A DNA stretch of 64,000 bases, taken from NCBI GenBank assembly GCA_049718765.1, contig JBNARI010000002.1, positions 10,052 to 74,051 of the forward strand, given 5' to 3'. Positions 47,791 to 56,629 of the stretch are shown one piece after another. How positions within the stretch are numbered: position 1 is the stretch's first letter; the number at the start of each line of letters is the position of its first letter. The stretch comes from Bacillota bacterium. GTDB taxonomy: Bacteria > Bacillota > Sulfobacillia > DUMF01. The translations under genes and the position numbers were made by a program. The notes below the pieces were generated by a model that did not search any database, was not told the origin of the DNA, and saw only the letters and a list, made by a program, of their open reading frames with translations.

Positions 47791-49112
47791 CCGCTGCCAC
47801 CGCCCCTCTCTTTTGCCAGCACTCTTGGCACCGGCACCCCGTACCACTCGAACTTCCACATGAAGCGCGGCTCGTGCACGGACCACACCAGCCTTCCTTC
47901 CCTTACGTCGTACCTGGCAAGGTCCCTCACCACCACGCTCTCCCCATCCGTTTCCACTGGCTCCGAGACCGCCACCACCTTCCTGGACCCGTCCCTGAAC
48001 CTGGCCGCCTGCACGAAAAGCTCCACCGACGCCACAATCTGCTGCAGCACCGCCCTCCGGGGGAGGTTCCCTCCCGCCTGCAGCACCATCACCTCCAGCC
48101 GGCTTATCGCGTCCTGGGGCGAGTTGGCATGGATCGTGGTCAGCGACCCCTCGTGGCCGGTGTTCATCGCTTGCAGCATGTCCAGCGCTTCGCCGCCCCT
48201 GCACTCGCCGACCACAATCCGGTCCGGCCTCATCCGCAGCGCATTTCTCACCAGGTCCCGCATGGCTATTTCGCCCCTGCCCTCTATGTTGGGGGGTCTG
48301 GTCTCGAGCCTCACCACGTGCTCCTGCTGGAGCTGCAGCTCCACCGTGTCCTCTATCGTGACGACCCTCTCCCCCGCCGGTATGAACGACGACAGCACGT
48401 TCAGCAGCGTGGTCTTGCCGGAACCCGTACCTCCCAGCACGACCACGTTCACCTTCGCCTCCACGCAGCGCTGCAGGAACTCCAGAGTTGCCTCGTCAAG
48501 AGTGCCAAGCCGCAGCAGGTCCCCGGCGGTGAGCCTCTTACCGAACTTCCGTATCGTGATGCACGCCCCGTCAACGGCCACAGGCGGTACTGCGGCGTTC
48601 ACCCTGCTCCCGTCCGGGAGCCTGGCATCCACCATCGGGCTCGACTGGTCTATCCGCCGCCCCACAGGTCCCACTATCTTCTGGATCACCGTGCGCACGT
48701 GTTCCTCGTCCCGGAACACAATGTTTTCAGCCCTGTGGATCCTGCCGTTCTTCTCGTAGTACACCCTGTCGTACCGGTTCACCATCACTTCTGTGACCTC
48801 GGGATCGTCGATCAGGGGCTGTATGGGACCGTAGCCCAGCACGTCCTGAAGGATCCTTTCCACCACAGCCGCCCTCGCGTGGCGCTGGAGATCTGCCCCC
48901 TCCCGGTCCGCTATCGCGGCCACCAGCCTGCGAAGCTTCTCGTCGTCCTGCAGCACGCCCGAGTCCAGCCTGGCGTACAGCGCCCGCCTCACCCGCTCCT
49001 CGACTTCGGCCGCGCGCTCGCGCCCCACCGCAGCGGCAGCCTCCGCCCGCGCCCTCGGCGCGCTGGTAGCCTCCTTCTCTTCCATCCGCCTGCGAATCAG
49101 TGACACACCCAA
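47787..49112 (-). CDS. cpaF: CpaF/TadA pilus assembly ATPase
   Basis: Walker A 'VVLGGTGSGKTTLLNVL', Asp box 'VVTIEDTVELQL', His box 'GHEGSLTTIHAN'. Confidence 0.85.
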   Translation of the reverse strand: MGVSLIRRRMEEKEATSAPRARAEAAAAVGRERAAEVEERVRRALYARLDSGVLQDDEKLRRLVAAIADREGADLQRHARAAVVERILQDVLGYGPIQPLIDDPEVTEVMVNRYDRVYYEKNGRIHRAENIVFRDEEHVRTVIQKIVGPVGRRIDQSSPMVDARLPDGSRVNAAVPPVAVDGACITIRKFGKRLTAGDLLRLGTLDEATLEFLQRCVEAKVNVVVLGGTGSGKTTLLNVLSSFIPAGERVVTIEDTVELQLQQEHVVRLETRPPNIEGRGEIAMRDLVRNALRMRPDRIVVGECRGGEALDMLQAMNTGHEGSLTTIHANSPQDAISRLEVMVLQAGGNLPRRAVLQQIVASVELFVQAARFRDGSRKVVAVSEPVETDGESVVVRDLARYDVREGRLVWSVHEPRFMWKFEWYGVPVPRVLAKERGGGSG

Positions 49113-50327
49113 CTACAGACCCCTCCTCTTCCACCGGAAAAGCCTTGAGATCAGCCCGCCCCTGTGAGACGCGATCACGTCCCCGAGAGCAGGTGTCACC
49201 CTTGCAGCAAGCCCAAGCACGGCATTCGTGAACGGGCAGCTCCTTTCGAGCACCGGGAGCCGGCCCTGGTTCTGCAGTGCCGGCACGCTCTCGTCCTCAG
49301 GTATCTGCGCGACCAGCTCCCACGGCAGCCACTCCTTAACCTGCGCCACCGAGAACGGCGGCTTCCTTGGGACCCGGTTCAGCACCACCCGGATCTTCCT
49401 CTCGTCGGTGTGCGTGAGGGATATGTCCCTGGGCGCCCTGTACACGTCCCTCAGCGTCTGCACGTCCATCGTCGCCACCACAAGCACCGAGGTGGCGGAC
49501 TCCAGCCCCACCACTGTGGCGTCCTCGAAGTCGGGGCCGCAGTCCACCACCACCACGTCGGCGTTGCGTCTCATGTACTCGAGCACATCGGTCGCAAGCG
49601 CCTCGTCCAGCAAATCTTTGTTTATGGCCCTCCTTATGCCCGGCACCACGTGGATCGTGCCTTTCTTGCCCACGGGGTATGCTGCGACCCTGGACTCGAA
49701 GCGATCGTCCTTGGCCTCCGCCCAGGCCTCCACGGAAAGCGGAGTGCTGATCTGCAGCAGTGCGGTCACCCTGGCGTGGGGGTCGAAGTCCACAACCACC
49801 ACACGCAGATCGGGCATGTACTTTGCGTACACTGCAGCCAGGTTGCACACGAGAGTCGTCTTGCCCACGCCGCCCTTGGGGCTGTAAACGGTTATCACCT
49901 GCTGGCGCACCACCCTGCTGCGCGGCCCCGGGGGCTCCTCCTCACCGGGACCACTCCATGGCGGCTGTAGCTGCTCGTCGCCGCCAAGTTCATCGAGCAC
50001 TTCTTCCAGTTCCAGAGCGTCGAGGGGCCTGCGCACTACGCCCTTGAGCCCCTTCTTGGCGGCCCTCCTGTAAAGGTCAATCCCCGCGTCCCCTGATGCA
50101 AGCAGCACGGGCACCCCACCCAGCACGTGCACGGCCTCAGCACCCATGTCAAGGCTGTCCACCAGTACAGCGTCCGCACCACCGACCCTGCCCCTCAGCT
50201 GCGCGGGGCTGTCCGCCACCGCCAGGACACGCACACCCCGGCCCAGACTCTCTACTTCCCTGACCAGGTCCTCTGCGCCAATAACGCACAACCTCAACAC
50301 CTTACCGCCCTCCTCCCGGCTGGACAA
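49113..50327 (-). CDS. cpaE: CpaE/TadZ-like protein (receiver-like N-domain plus ParA/MinD ATPase)
   Basis: Deviant Walker A 'VYSPKGGVGKTTLVCNLA' and 'VVVVDCGPDF'. Confidence 0.75.
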   Translation of the reverse strand: MSSREEGGKVLRLCVIGAEDLVREVESLGRGVRVLAVADSPAQLRGRVGGADAVLVDSLDMGAEAVHVLGGVPVLLASGDAGIDLYRRAAKKGLKGVVRRPLDALELEEVLDELGGDEQLQPPWSGPGEEEPPGPRSRVVRQQVITVYSPKGGVGKTTLVCNLAAVYAKYMPDLRVVVVDFDPHARVTALLQISTPLSVEAWAEAKDDRFESRVAAYPVGKKGTIHVVPGIRRAINKDLLDEALATDVLEYMRRNADVVVVDCGPDFEDATVVGLESATSVLVVATMDVQTLRDVYRAPRDISLTHTDERKIRVVLNRVPRKPPFSVAQVKEWLPWELVAQIPEDESVPALQNQGRLPVLERSCPFTNAVLGLAARVTPALGDVIASHRGGLISRLFRWKRRGL

Positions 50328-51030
50328 AGCCGTACCTCTCCAGCCACTGCCGCCCGGTCACGCCCTGCGTCTGAGCCGCAGACTCGTCCGTGTTCAGCGG
50401 GTTCAGCGCGAACCGGATGGAACCCGACGTCAGCGCGAACGCTATGTCCTCTATCTGCTGCGGCGTCAGGGCAACTACCAGTACGCTCCCTTTGCCCAAC
50501 CTGAGCTCAGTGTTCTGCTTCACGTCCAGCACCAGCACGTTCCTCGCGACCACCTTCCCTACACCCATGCCGGTGCCCCCCGCTTCCACCTTCACGGATG
50601 CCACGATGTCCACCCTGTCACCTGGCTTGATGTCACCACCCACCCCGGTCTCGGCGTCGTACGACAGCGAAAACGCCCTCAGATCCGGCCTACCCAGAGC
50701 AGTCAACCTCGCAGTCATGACCGACTTGCCAGGCGTCACATCCGCCACACGGGCCATGCGGACCACTTCGCCTGCATACACCCTGTCCCGCAGGTACTGA
50801 CCCACGATGTCTTCCACCTTCCGCACCGCGTCCTGCGGCACGGAAATCACCGGGACTTCCTGCACCTTAACATCGTCTCTCGTCACCAGCTGGTACGCTT
50901 CGAGGTCCCGCACAGCAACCACCACCGGCTCCGTCTCGTTCACGCGCTTCAAAAACTGCACCACCAGCAGCGCAGCACACAGCGCCATCACGACCGCCAG
51001 GATAAGAAAAACCGTGCCCTGCTTCTTCAA
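50302..51030 (-). CDS. cpaB: CpaB/RcpC-like Flp pilus assembly protein
   Basis: N-terminal TM anchor, then SAF-like and beta domains ('VVAVRDLEAYQLVTRDDV', 'VLVLDV'). Confidence 0.65.
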   Translation of the reverse strand: MKKQGTVFLILAVVMALCAALLVVQFLKRVNETEPVVVAVRDLEAYQLVTRDDVKVQEVPVISVPQDAVRKVEDIVGQYLRDRVYAGEVVRMARVADVTPGKSVMTARLTALGRPDLRAFSLSYDAETGVGGDIKPGDRVDIVASVKVEAGGTGMGVGKVVARNVLVLDVKQNTELRLGKGSVLVVALTPQQIEDIAFALTSGSIRFALNPLNTDESAAQTQGVTGRQWLERYGFVQPGGGR

Positions 51031-51092
51031 CTATCTCGTCCCCCCCTCACGCAGATCAGAAAATCATCAGGGGCGGCACTCAATCGCCCCCC

Positions 51093-51506
51093 TCAGTCAA
51101 GATCCCCCGGTCCGTTGTGCACCTGTACACTGTAGACCTTCCAGCCGTCCTCAAACTTCATCAGGTCGAGCACGCACACGTGCTGACCGATGCACTTTGA
51201 CGGTGTTGCCTGCTCCTCCCAGGTCACCGCGCACACCACCGACCCCCTGGTGCCGTCCCTGTTGGTGCGCAGCATTTTCAGCCTGAGTTCATGCACCTCC
51301 CACTTCACGCCCCTGAGCACCGGCAGCTTCCTGCTGAGGTCGGCATGCGCGTCTCCAGATGTCAGGTTAAGCGCCCTCTCAAAGTCACCGGAATAGTACG
51401 CCTGCACGTACTCCCTTGCCACGTCGAGCATTTCGGTGGCCGCCTTCCCGGGACTGCACCCGGAAACCAGCACGCAAGCAACCACCGCCAGGCATATGAG
51501 CCGCAC
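51093..51506 (-). CDS. Lipoprotein (SnoaL/NTF2-like, DUF4878-like)
   Basis: Lipobox 'LVSGCS' after a GTG start at 51506. Paralogous to the next gene. Confidence 0.45.
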   Translation of the reverse strand: MRLICLAVVACVLVSGCSPGKAATEMLDVAREYVQAYYSGDFERALNLTSGDAHADLSRKLPVLRGVKWEVHELRLKMLRTNRDGTRGSVVCAVTWEEQATPSKCIGQHVCVLDLMKFEDGWKVYSVQVHNGPGDLD

Positions 51507-51552
51507 CTGCCTCTCACCCCTCTTTCCCCCTCCCTCTGAAAGGTCGACTGCT

Positions 51553-51984
51553 TCAGGACTTCTCGACCCTCCGCGCCGTGGCAAACGAATATATCTTCCA
51601 CTGCCCGGCAACCCTGGCGAACTTCAGTACAGCCACCATGTCCACAGTCGTGGTCCCCGCCCCGGGCACCGTCTGCTCAAACACGTAAGCTGCCACCACG
51701 TCCCCGCGTGTCCGGTCGCGGGAGACCCAGTCGCACTTCAGCTCCAGCCCGGAGACCTTATTCTGCACATTCATCGCCCTGAGAGCGGGCACCGCAGCCC
51801 TCATATCCGCAAGGGCCTGCCCCGTCAGAAAAGAGCACGCCGTGTCAAAGTCGCGGCTGTAGAAGGCGTTGAGGAACCGAGTCCCCAGATCCACCAGGTC
51901 CCGCTCGGTCGTGTAGCTCCTTGAGCACCCCGCAAGCGTCATTACGGTCATGAGGGCTAGAAGGAGCGCACCCTGCTTCCTCAT
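51553..51984 (-). CDS. Lipoprotein (SnoaL/NTF2-like, DUF4878-like)
   Basis: 'MRKQGALLLALMTVMTLAGCS' lipobox. 'FLNAFYSRDFDTACSFLTG' parallels 'YVQAYYSGDFERALNLTSG' in the paralogue. ATGA overlap with the upstream gene. Confidence 0.5.
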   Translation of the reverse strand: MRKQGALLLALMTVMTLAGCSRSYTTERDLVDLGTRFLNAFYSRDFDTACSFLTGQALADMRAAVPALRAMNVQNKVSGLELKCDWVSRDRTRGDVVAAYVFEQTVPGAGTTTVDMVAVLKFARVAGQWKIYSFATARRVEKS

Positions 51985-53279
51985 GTGCCGGCTGCGCGCC
52001 GCAGGCCGGCCCGGAGCCGGTCGACAAGTGCCCCTACGGCCTCCCGCCGCACCGACTCCCACGGGGACTCGAGCTCCGGCACCAAGCAGTCGGGTCTGCG
52101 GCCCAGGACTTCGGTTACCTCTTGCCTCGCCCGGTTTAACACCAAGAACTCGCACCCTACCTTCTTCACCTCCCTCTTCACGACCGCCAGGTGGGCGGGG
52201 TCCGGGTCCACTACGAGCACCCTGAGCCACGCCGCTGCCAGCAGTGCTGCAGCCCACTCATCTTCCGCCACACACGGCATGTCGCACACAAACACGTCGG
52301 CATTCACCTTCGGAGAATTCAGAAACCGTTCCAGCACCTGCCACTCGACCTCCAGCCGGCCGAGCGCCGGGTCCCTGCTGAACACGGTGACCCCTTCAGC
52401 CTGCAGCCCGAAGGGCCCGTCGGTGACCACCAGAGCAGGAGAAAGCACCTTCCCGAGCGTGTCCTCCCCTTCGGGCAGCCGCAGGTACGTGTGCAGCGCG
52501 TGCTTGTGCGTGTCCAAATCCACCAGCGCCACCCTGACCCCGCGCGCCGCAAGCGCGGCCGACAGGAAAGCGCTCACCAGCGTCTTCCCGCATGGAGCCG
52601 GGCTCCACACGGCCACAACGGGCATCCGGAGCCTCATCGGCCCAGCGGAACCGGCCTGCGGCCCGGTGGGCGAGACCTGTTGTCCGAGCGGGAAAGGATT
52701 GCCGGCGGCCTCTGTTTTACGCTTCGCTGCGGCACTTACGGCAGGCGCCTCCCGTGGCCCAGCCGGGGTCGCCGGTTCCACAGCCCCACGGACCCCTCCC
52801 TTCCCGGCCAGCGCACCGCCCAGCCGGTGGAACAGCTCCAGAAAGTCCCGCTTCGGCCTGGGCTTCGCAGCCGCGCAGCACACCTTCAGCGCCTCCGCGA
52901 ACGTCCTTGGCCTCTCGATGCAAGCATCTATGTCCTCCACCCGCACTGCGCGGTCCTCTCCGTAAAACAGGATGTCGTATACCCCCATAGCGATGAGGTC
53001 CTTGATAAGCTGCGACCCCCGGGGCATGTCGCCGGCAAGGAACACCACCCGCAGCCCGGCAAGCCTTGCCTCGAACACCACGTCGGCCATGTCCTTCGTG
53101 CCCTCGAGGTACGCGGATAAAAGCAGCACATCCGCCTCGGTGCGCTTCACTGCGTCGAGGACGGCCTCCCGGTAAAACACCCTTGCGCAGACCTCCACAC
53201 CGCCCCCCTCTGCCATCTCCTCGTAGTACCTGTCCAGCTCATCAACACCCGTGGCAAGGATCAGCCTACTGCGCGGCAC
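51981..53279 (-). CDS. CpaE/ParA-like protein with degenerate Walker A (possibly non-catalytic)
   Basis: Receiver-like N-domain. The P-loop position reads 'VAVWSPAPCGKTLVSAF' and lacks the KGG of deviant Walker A. 'VALVDLD' is conserved. Confidence 0.5.
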   Translation of the reverse strand: MPRSRLILATGVDELDRYYEEMAEGGGVEVCARVFYREAVLDAVKRTEADVLLLSAYLEGTKDMADVVFEARLAGLRVVFLAGDMPRGSQLIKDLIAMGVYDILFYGEDRAVRVEDIDACIERPRTFAEALKVCCAAAKPRPKRDFLELFHRLGGALAGKGGVRGAVEPATPAGPREAPAVSAAAKRKTEAAGNPFPLGQQVSPTGPQAGSAGPMRLRMPVVAVWSPAPCGKTLVSAFLSAALAARGVRVALVDLDTHKHALHTYLRLPEGEDTLGKVLSPALVVTDGPFGLQAEGVTVFSRDPALGRLEVEWQVLERFLNSPKVNADVFVCDMPCVAEDEWAAALLAAAWLRVLVVDPDPAHLAVVKREVKKVGCEFLVLNRARQEVTEVLGRRPDCLVPELESPWESVRREAVGALVDRLRAGLRRAAGT

Positions 53280-53661
53280 GTATCATCACCGCCACCAGCA
53301 CCGGCGCAAGCCTCACCAGCGTGAAGCCCACCGCCGTGCACACGGCGATGCCCACCGCGTTCCTCTTCACCGCCTCGTTGTGCCCCAGTGCGCCCGCCGC
53401 AAACATCCCGGCTGCCACTATCAGGAGCACCACTGCCACGGGTACCGACAGCACCTGCAGGAACCGGATGACCTTCAGGCACACCGCAATGGTCCCCGAA
53501 GTCAGGCTGTCCAGGTTTATGGTCTTCCCGCTGGCGCCAAGCCTGTCCAGTATCTCTTCCGCCGTGGGAACGTCCGTCCCGGCGAAGCACACCCCCGACC
53601 TGCCCCCAACAGCAAGTGCCAGCAGCACACCCGCCAACCTCACAGCACACCTCACCTCCAT
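53266..53661 (-). CDS. Small membrane protein, possibly TrbC/VirB2-like pilin
   Basis: Signal peptide plus two hydrophobic helices ('VAVVLLIVAAGMFAAGA', 'VGIAVCTAVGFTLVRLAPVLVAVMI'). Architecture only. Confidence 0.35.
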   Translation of the reverse strand: MEVRCAVRLAGVLLALAVGGRSGVCFAGTDVPTAEEILDRLGASGKTINLDSLTSGTIAVCLKVIRFLQVLSVPVAVVLLIVAAGMFAAGALGHNEAVKRNAVGIAVCTAVGFTLVRLAPVLVAVMIRAAQ

Positions 53662-54731
53662 CCTCCAGTGGTGCGCGGGTCAATGCACACCCCGTTCTTC
53701 CGCACCTCGAAGTGCAGGTGCGGCCCGGTTGAAACTCCTGTCGAACCTACCAGCGCTATGACCTGACCCTCTGCGACACGCACCCCCTCAGCCACAAGGA
53801 CTGCCGAGCAGTGGCCGTACAGCGTCTCAAGCCCGCCCCCGTGGTCGATGATCACGCACAGCCCGTAGCCGCCGTACTGCCCCGCAAAGCGAACCACCCC
53901 GCCGCGCAGCACCCGCACCGCAGCCCCCGGCGGTGCCCCGATGTCCACACCGGGGTGGAACTCCAGAGCGCCGGTGACGGGATGCACGCGCCACCCGTAG
54001 CCCGACGTCACCTCGCCCTCCACGGGCCAGTCCCCACTGTAGCTCAGCCGCTCCAGCGGCCCCACCAGCAGCACCGAAAGATTGGGCCTGCCGGACTCTA
54101 TGCTCCTGCCCAGCTCAGCTATCAGCTGGGCCGAAGCGTCGTCCGGCTCCTGCCCCGTCAGCGCGCGCACAGCGGCCTTCAGGCGCGAGTAGTCGGGCGT
54201 CCACTGGCAGCCCTCTCTCACGGGCACCACGTGCGTCCCCGACACTGCACACGAGTACCTGTAGGAGTACACCCCGTCGTACGCACGGGCGCACAACAGG
54301 ACTGTCACAGAAACATGGCGCTTGTTGCCGGTTTCCGGATCCTCCACCCAGACCCCCACGGAGCCGTACTCAAACTCAGGCCTGAGCAGGAATGCAGCAC
54401 TTTCCAGGTCTGTTTTCCCGCGGCTGCCGGTGAGCACGTCCAGCGCCAGCAGCAGCCCCGCAGTCACCTGGTGGGCCGCTTCTGCGCCGTCCGCAGACCT
54501 CACAGGCACCGCAAGCCGCGAAGCCAGCTCGCGGTACTCGCTCCACTGCGGCTCCGCCTGCGCCCCCACCGGCAGCCCCACGAACACCGACGCCAGACAC
54601 AGCACCGCTACGACCAGGCACAAAATAAGCAGGCCGCTCACTGCCAGCAGCCTGCGCCCGGAGGACAGGAAGCACAGCACCGCTTCCCTAGCGACCGCTA
54701 CCGCCGGATTTCTTCGCCGCACCGGTTTCAC
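53652..54731 (-). CDS. M23 family peptidase (cell-wall hydrolase of the transfer apparatus)
   Basis: 'HPGVDIGAPPGAAVRV' (HxxxD) and 'GSTGVSTGPHLHFEVRKNG' (HxH) LytM-type motifs. N-terminal TM anchor. Confidence 0.75.
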   Translation of the reverse strand: MKPVRRRNPAVAVAREAVLCFLSSGRRLLAVSGLLILCLVVAVLCLASVFVGLPVGAQAEPQWSEYRELASRLAVPVRSADGAEAAHQVTAGLLLALDVLTGSRGKTDLESAAFLLRPEFEYGSVGVWVEDPETGNKRHVSVTVLLCARAYDGVYSYRYSCAVSGTHVVPVREGCQWTPDYSRLKAAVRALTGQEPDDASAQLIAELGRSIESGRPNLSVLLVGPLERLSYSGDWPVEGEVTSGYGWRVHPVTGALEFHPGVDIGAPPGAAVRVLRGGVVRFAGQYGGYGLCVIIDHGGGLETLYGHCSAVLVAEGVRVAEGQVIALVGSTGVSTGPHLHFEVRKNGVCIDPRTTGGWR

Positions 54732-56601
54732 CGGCCTTTCCGTACATAACCTGCCGCCACGGTCTCGCCTCGTCCGCTGTCAACCGGCGCCTTGCAGGTG
54801 GGCGGACCATCCGCGCGCCAGCGTCATACAGCGCCTGCCCTGCCGCTCCGATTTCCCGGCCCACCGGGCCCCCTGCCAGTCCTACCAGGTGACCGCCGAT
54901 CCTCATCCCAATTCCGGTCCCGGCGAGCAGCACACCTCCGGCTGCACCCGCCACCCTGGCGGCCACAGCCGCGACACTCTGCCGCGTCTCACTCTTTTCT
55001 CCTCTTCTCTCTTCCGGTTCGGGCTCCGGCTCACCGCCGCCTGAGGCCGTGTTTGGGCTGCGCTCAGGTGCCCCGAAACCGAAGTCGAGGCAGTACGGCC
55101 CTCCGCCTTCGCCGGTTTCGAATACAGCTCCTATACCAGCCGAACCCCTTACTGCATTCCACGTTATCCCTACGGGCCCCTCATACGTTTCAGGCTCACC
55201 CTCGGGCCACATGTCCGGTTCGTCCACCACCCGAAATGGGAGCCCTCTTCCGCTGGGACGGTACGCCCCGGGCTCGTCAACCGCAAGCACTGGCATGTCG
55301 CCCTGGATGCGTGGTCCGGAAACCCGGGCTGCAGTCCCGGTGGCTCCCGCCGGCGCGGCACTTGCCGCCTGAACAGCCATCAGGGGTACCGCTGCACCGC
55401 CCCCGCCTCCATCGTTGGGGCCCTTGAACGGCGACAGCCCGGCAATCGCTACACCCGCAGCTCCGGAGCGCGCAAGCCCGCCGACCGCGCCGGCCATTAT
55501 GCTCCCCAGCGCAACAAGCGATGCCATGCCGCCCACGGCCCCTCCGGCCATGCCTTCCTCGTGCATCCCCAGCCAGTCCAAAAAGCCTATGAGCATTCTC
55601 CGCAGGAACGAAGACACCGGGATCACAAGCGTGAACCCCAGGAGTTTTGCCCAGGCCGTCCCCATGATCCCGCTTTCGCACACCGGGACACCCACACCAA
55701 ATGCCAGAACCCGTACCAGCCCGGTGGCCGAAGCAGCGCTCTCGCGCAGGCCAAGCATCGTGAGGAAAAATCCGTAGGTCAGCGCATGCGAAGCGGTCAT
55801 CATGCCGTTTGTCAGCAGCTCCGACAGCAGCAACATTGCCGTCCGGCGTGTGCGCCTGGACACCCACGACCAGGCCACAACTGGCGCCAGCACCAGCAGC
55901 ACGCCGAGCACGAACTTCCTGATGAGGTACAGCACGTTCATGTAGATCTTCAGACCCACGTCTGCAATCCTCACCAGGCTGTCAAGCAGCGCGCTGCCGG
56001 TCGCCCGCACTCCCCACTCGTGCGTGATGGGCACCGACATCTCCACCAGCCTCGCCTTCCCGAAGCTCACGACGGCCAGGTTGCAGTCCAGCACCAGCCT
56101 GAGAATGACCGGTGTCGCAAAAGCAAAGAGTGCCGCAAAGCCGGTGTCCCACAGCACCTCCTGCACTGTTGCGCGCTTCGAAGGGCTCAGGATCCAACCG
56201 TACGACTTCAGCAGCACCACCGTCTGGATCACAATCACAGATGTCGCAAACGCCAGCACGGCCTGGTACCAGGGCTTGACCAGCCCGTACCACTCCGCAG
56301 CTGTGAAGGCATCTGCCATCGGCGAGCCGTCGCCCGTGTTGAACACAAGCTCTTCCACCGGCTTCATCCCGGCCAGATCCGCAACAAGGTCCAGGGCCGA
56401 CGCGATGGCATTGAACGGGGTTGCCAGGATCTGGTCCAGTATGGAGTACGACCCCGTCAGTGCAGGCAATCCCCCCGGCCCTGTGGTACTCGCACCGTTC
56501 TGCGTCGGCAGACTCAGCTCGTCCAGCGTCTGCGCACGGGCAGGCCCCGGCACCGCAGCGACAAGGAGCATCACCACCAGAACACACACCCACCTGCGCA
56601 A
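54688..56601 (-). CDS. VirB6/TrbL-like polytopic T4SS membrane protein with Gly-rich tail
   Basis: 637 aa, signal peptide, about 6-8 TM helices in the central region, and a long low-complexity Gly/Ala tail. Its position between the hydrolase and VirB4 matches Gram-positive T4SS modules. Confidence 0.5.
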   Translation of the reverse strand: MRRWVCVLVVMLLVAAVPGPARAQTLDELSLPTQNGASTTGPGGLPALTGSYSILDQILATPFNAIASALDLVADLAGMKPVEELVFNTGDGSPMADAFTAAEWYGLVKPWYQAVLAFATSVIVIQTVVLLKSYGWILSPSKRATVQEVLWDTGFAALFAFATPVILRLVLDCNLAVVSFGKARLVEMSVPITHEWGVRATGSALLDSLVRIADVGLKIYMNVLYLIRKFVLGVLLVLAPVVAWSWVSRRTRRTAMLLLSELLTNGMMTASHALTYGFFLTMLGLRESAASATGLVRVLAFGVGVPVCESGIMGTAWAKLLGFTLVIPVSSFLRRMLIGFLDWLGMHEEGMAGGAVGGMASLVALGSIMAGAVGGLARSGAAGVAIAGLSPFKGPNDGGGGGAAVPLMAVQAASAAPAGATGTAARVSGPRIQGDMPVLAVDEPGAYRPSGRGLPFRVVDEPDMWPEGEPETYEGPVGITWNAVRGSAGIGAVFETGEGGGPYCLDFGFGAPERSPNTASGGGEPEPEPEERRGEKSETRQSVAAVAARVAGAAGGVLLAGTGIGMRIGGHLVGLAGGPVGREIGAAGQALYDAGARMVRPPARRRLTADEARPWRQVMYGKAGETGAAKKSGGSGR

Positions 56602-56629
56602 AGCCCATCACCCGCCTTTCCTTCTTCCT

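Noticed and set aside
46879-48204. The 441-aa TadB ORF from the track
   Set aside because: The first 138 codons are Gly/Arg read-through overlapping cpaF. The ATG at 47790 gives the TadB TM-GspF-TM architecture and an ATGA overlap with the cpaF stop.
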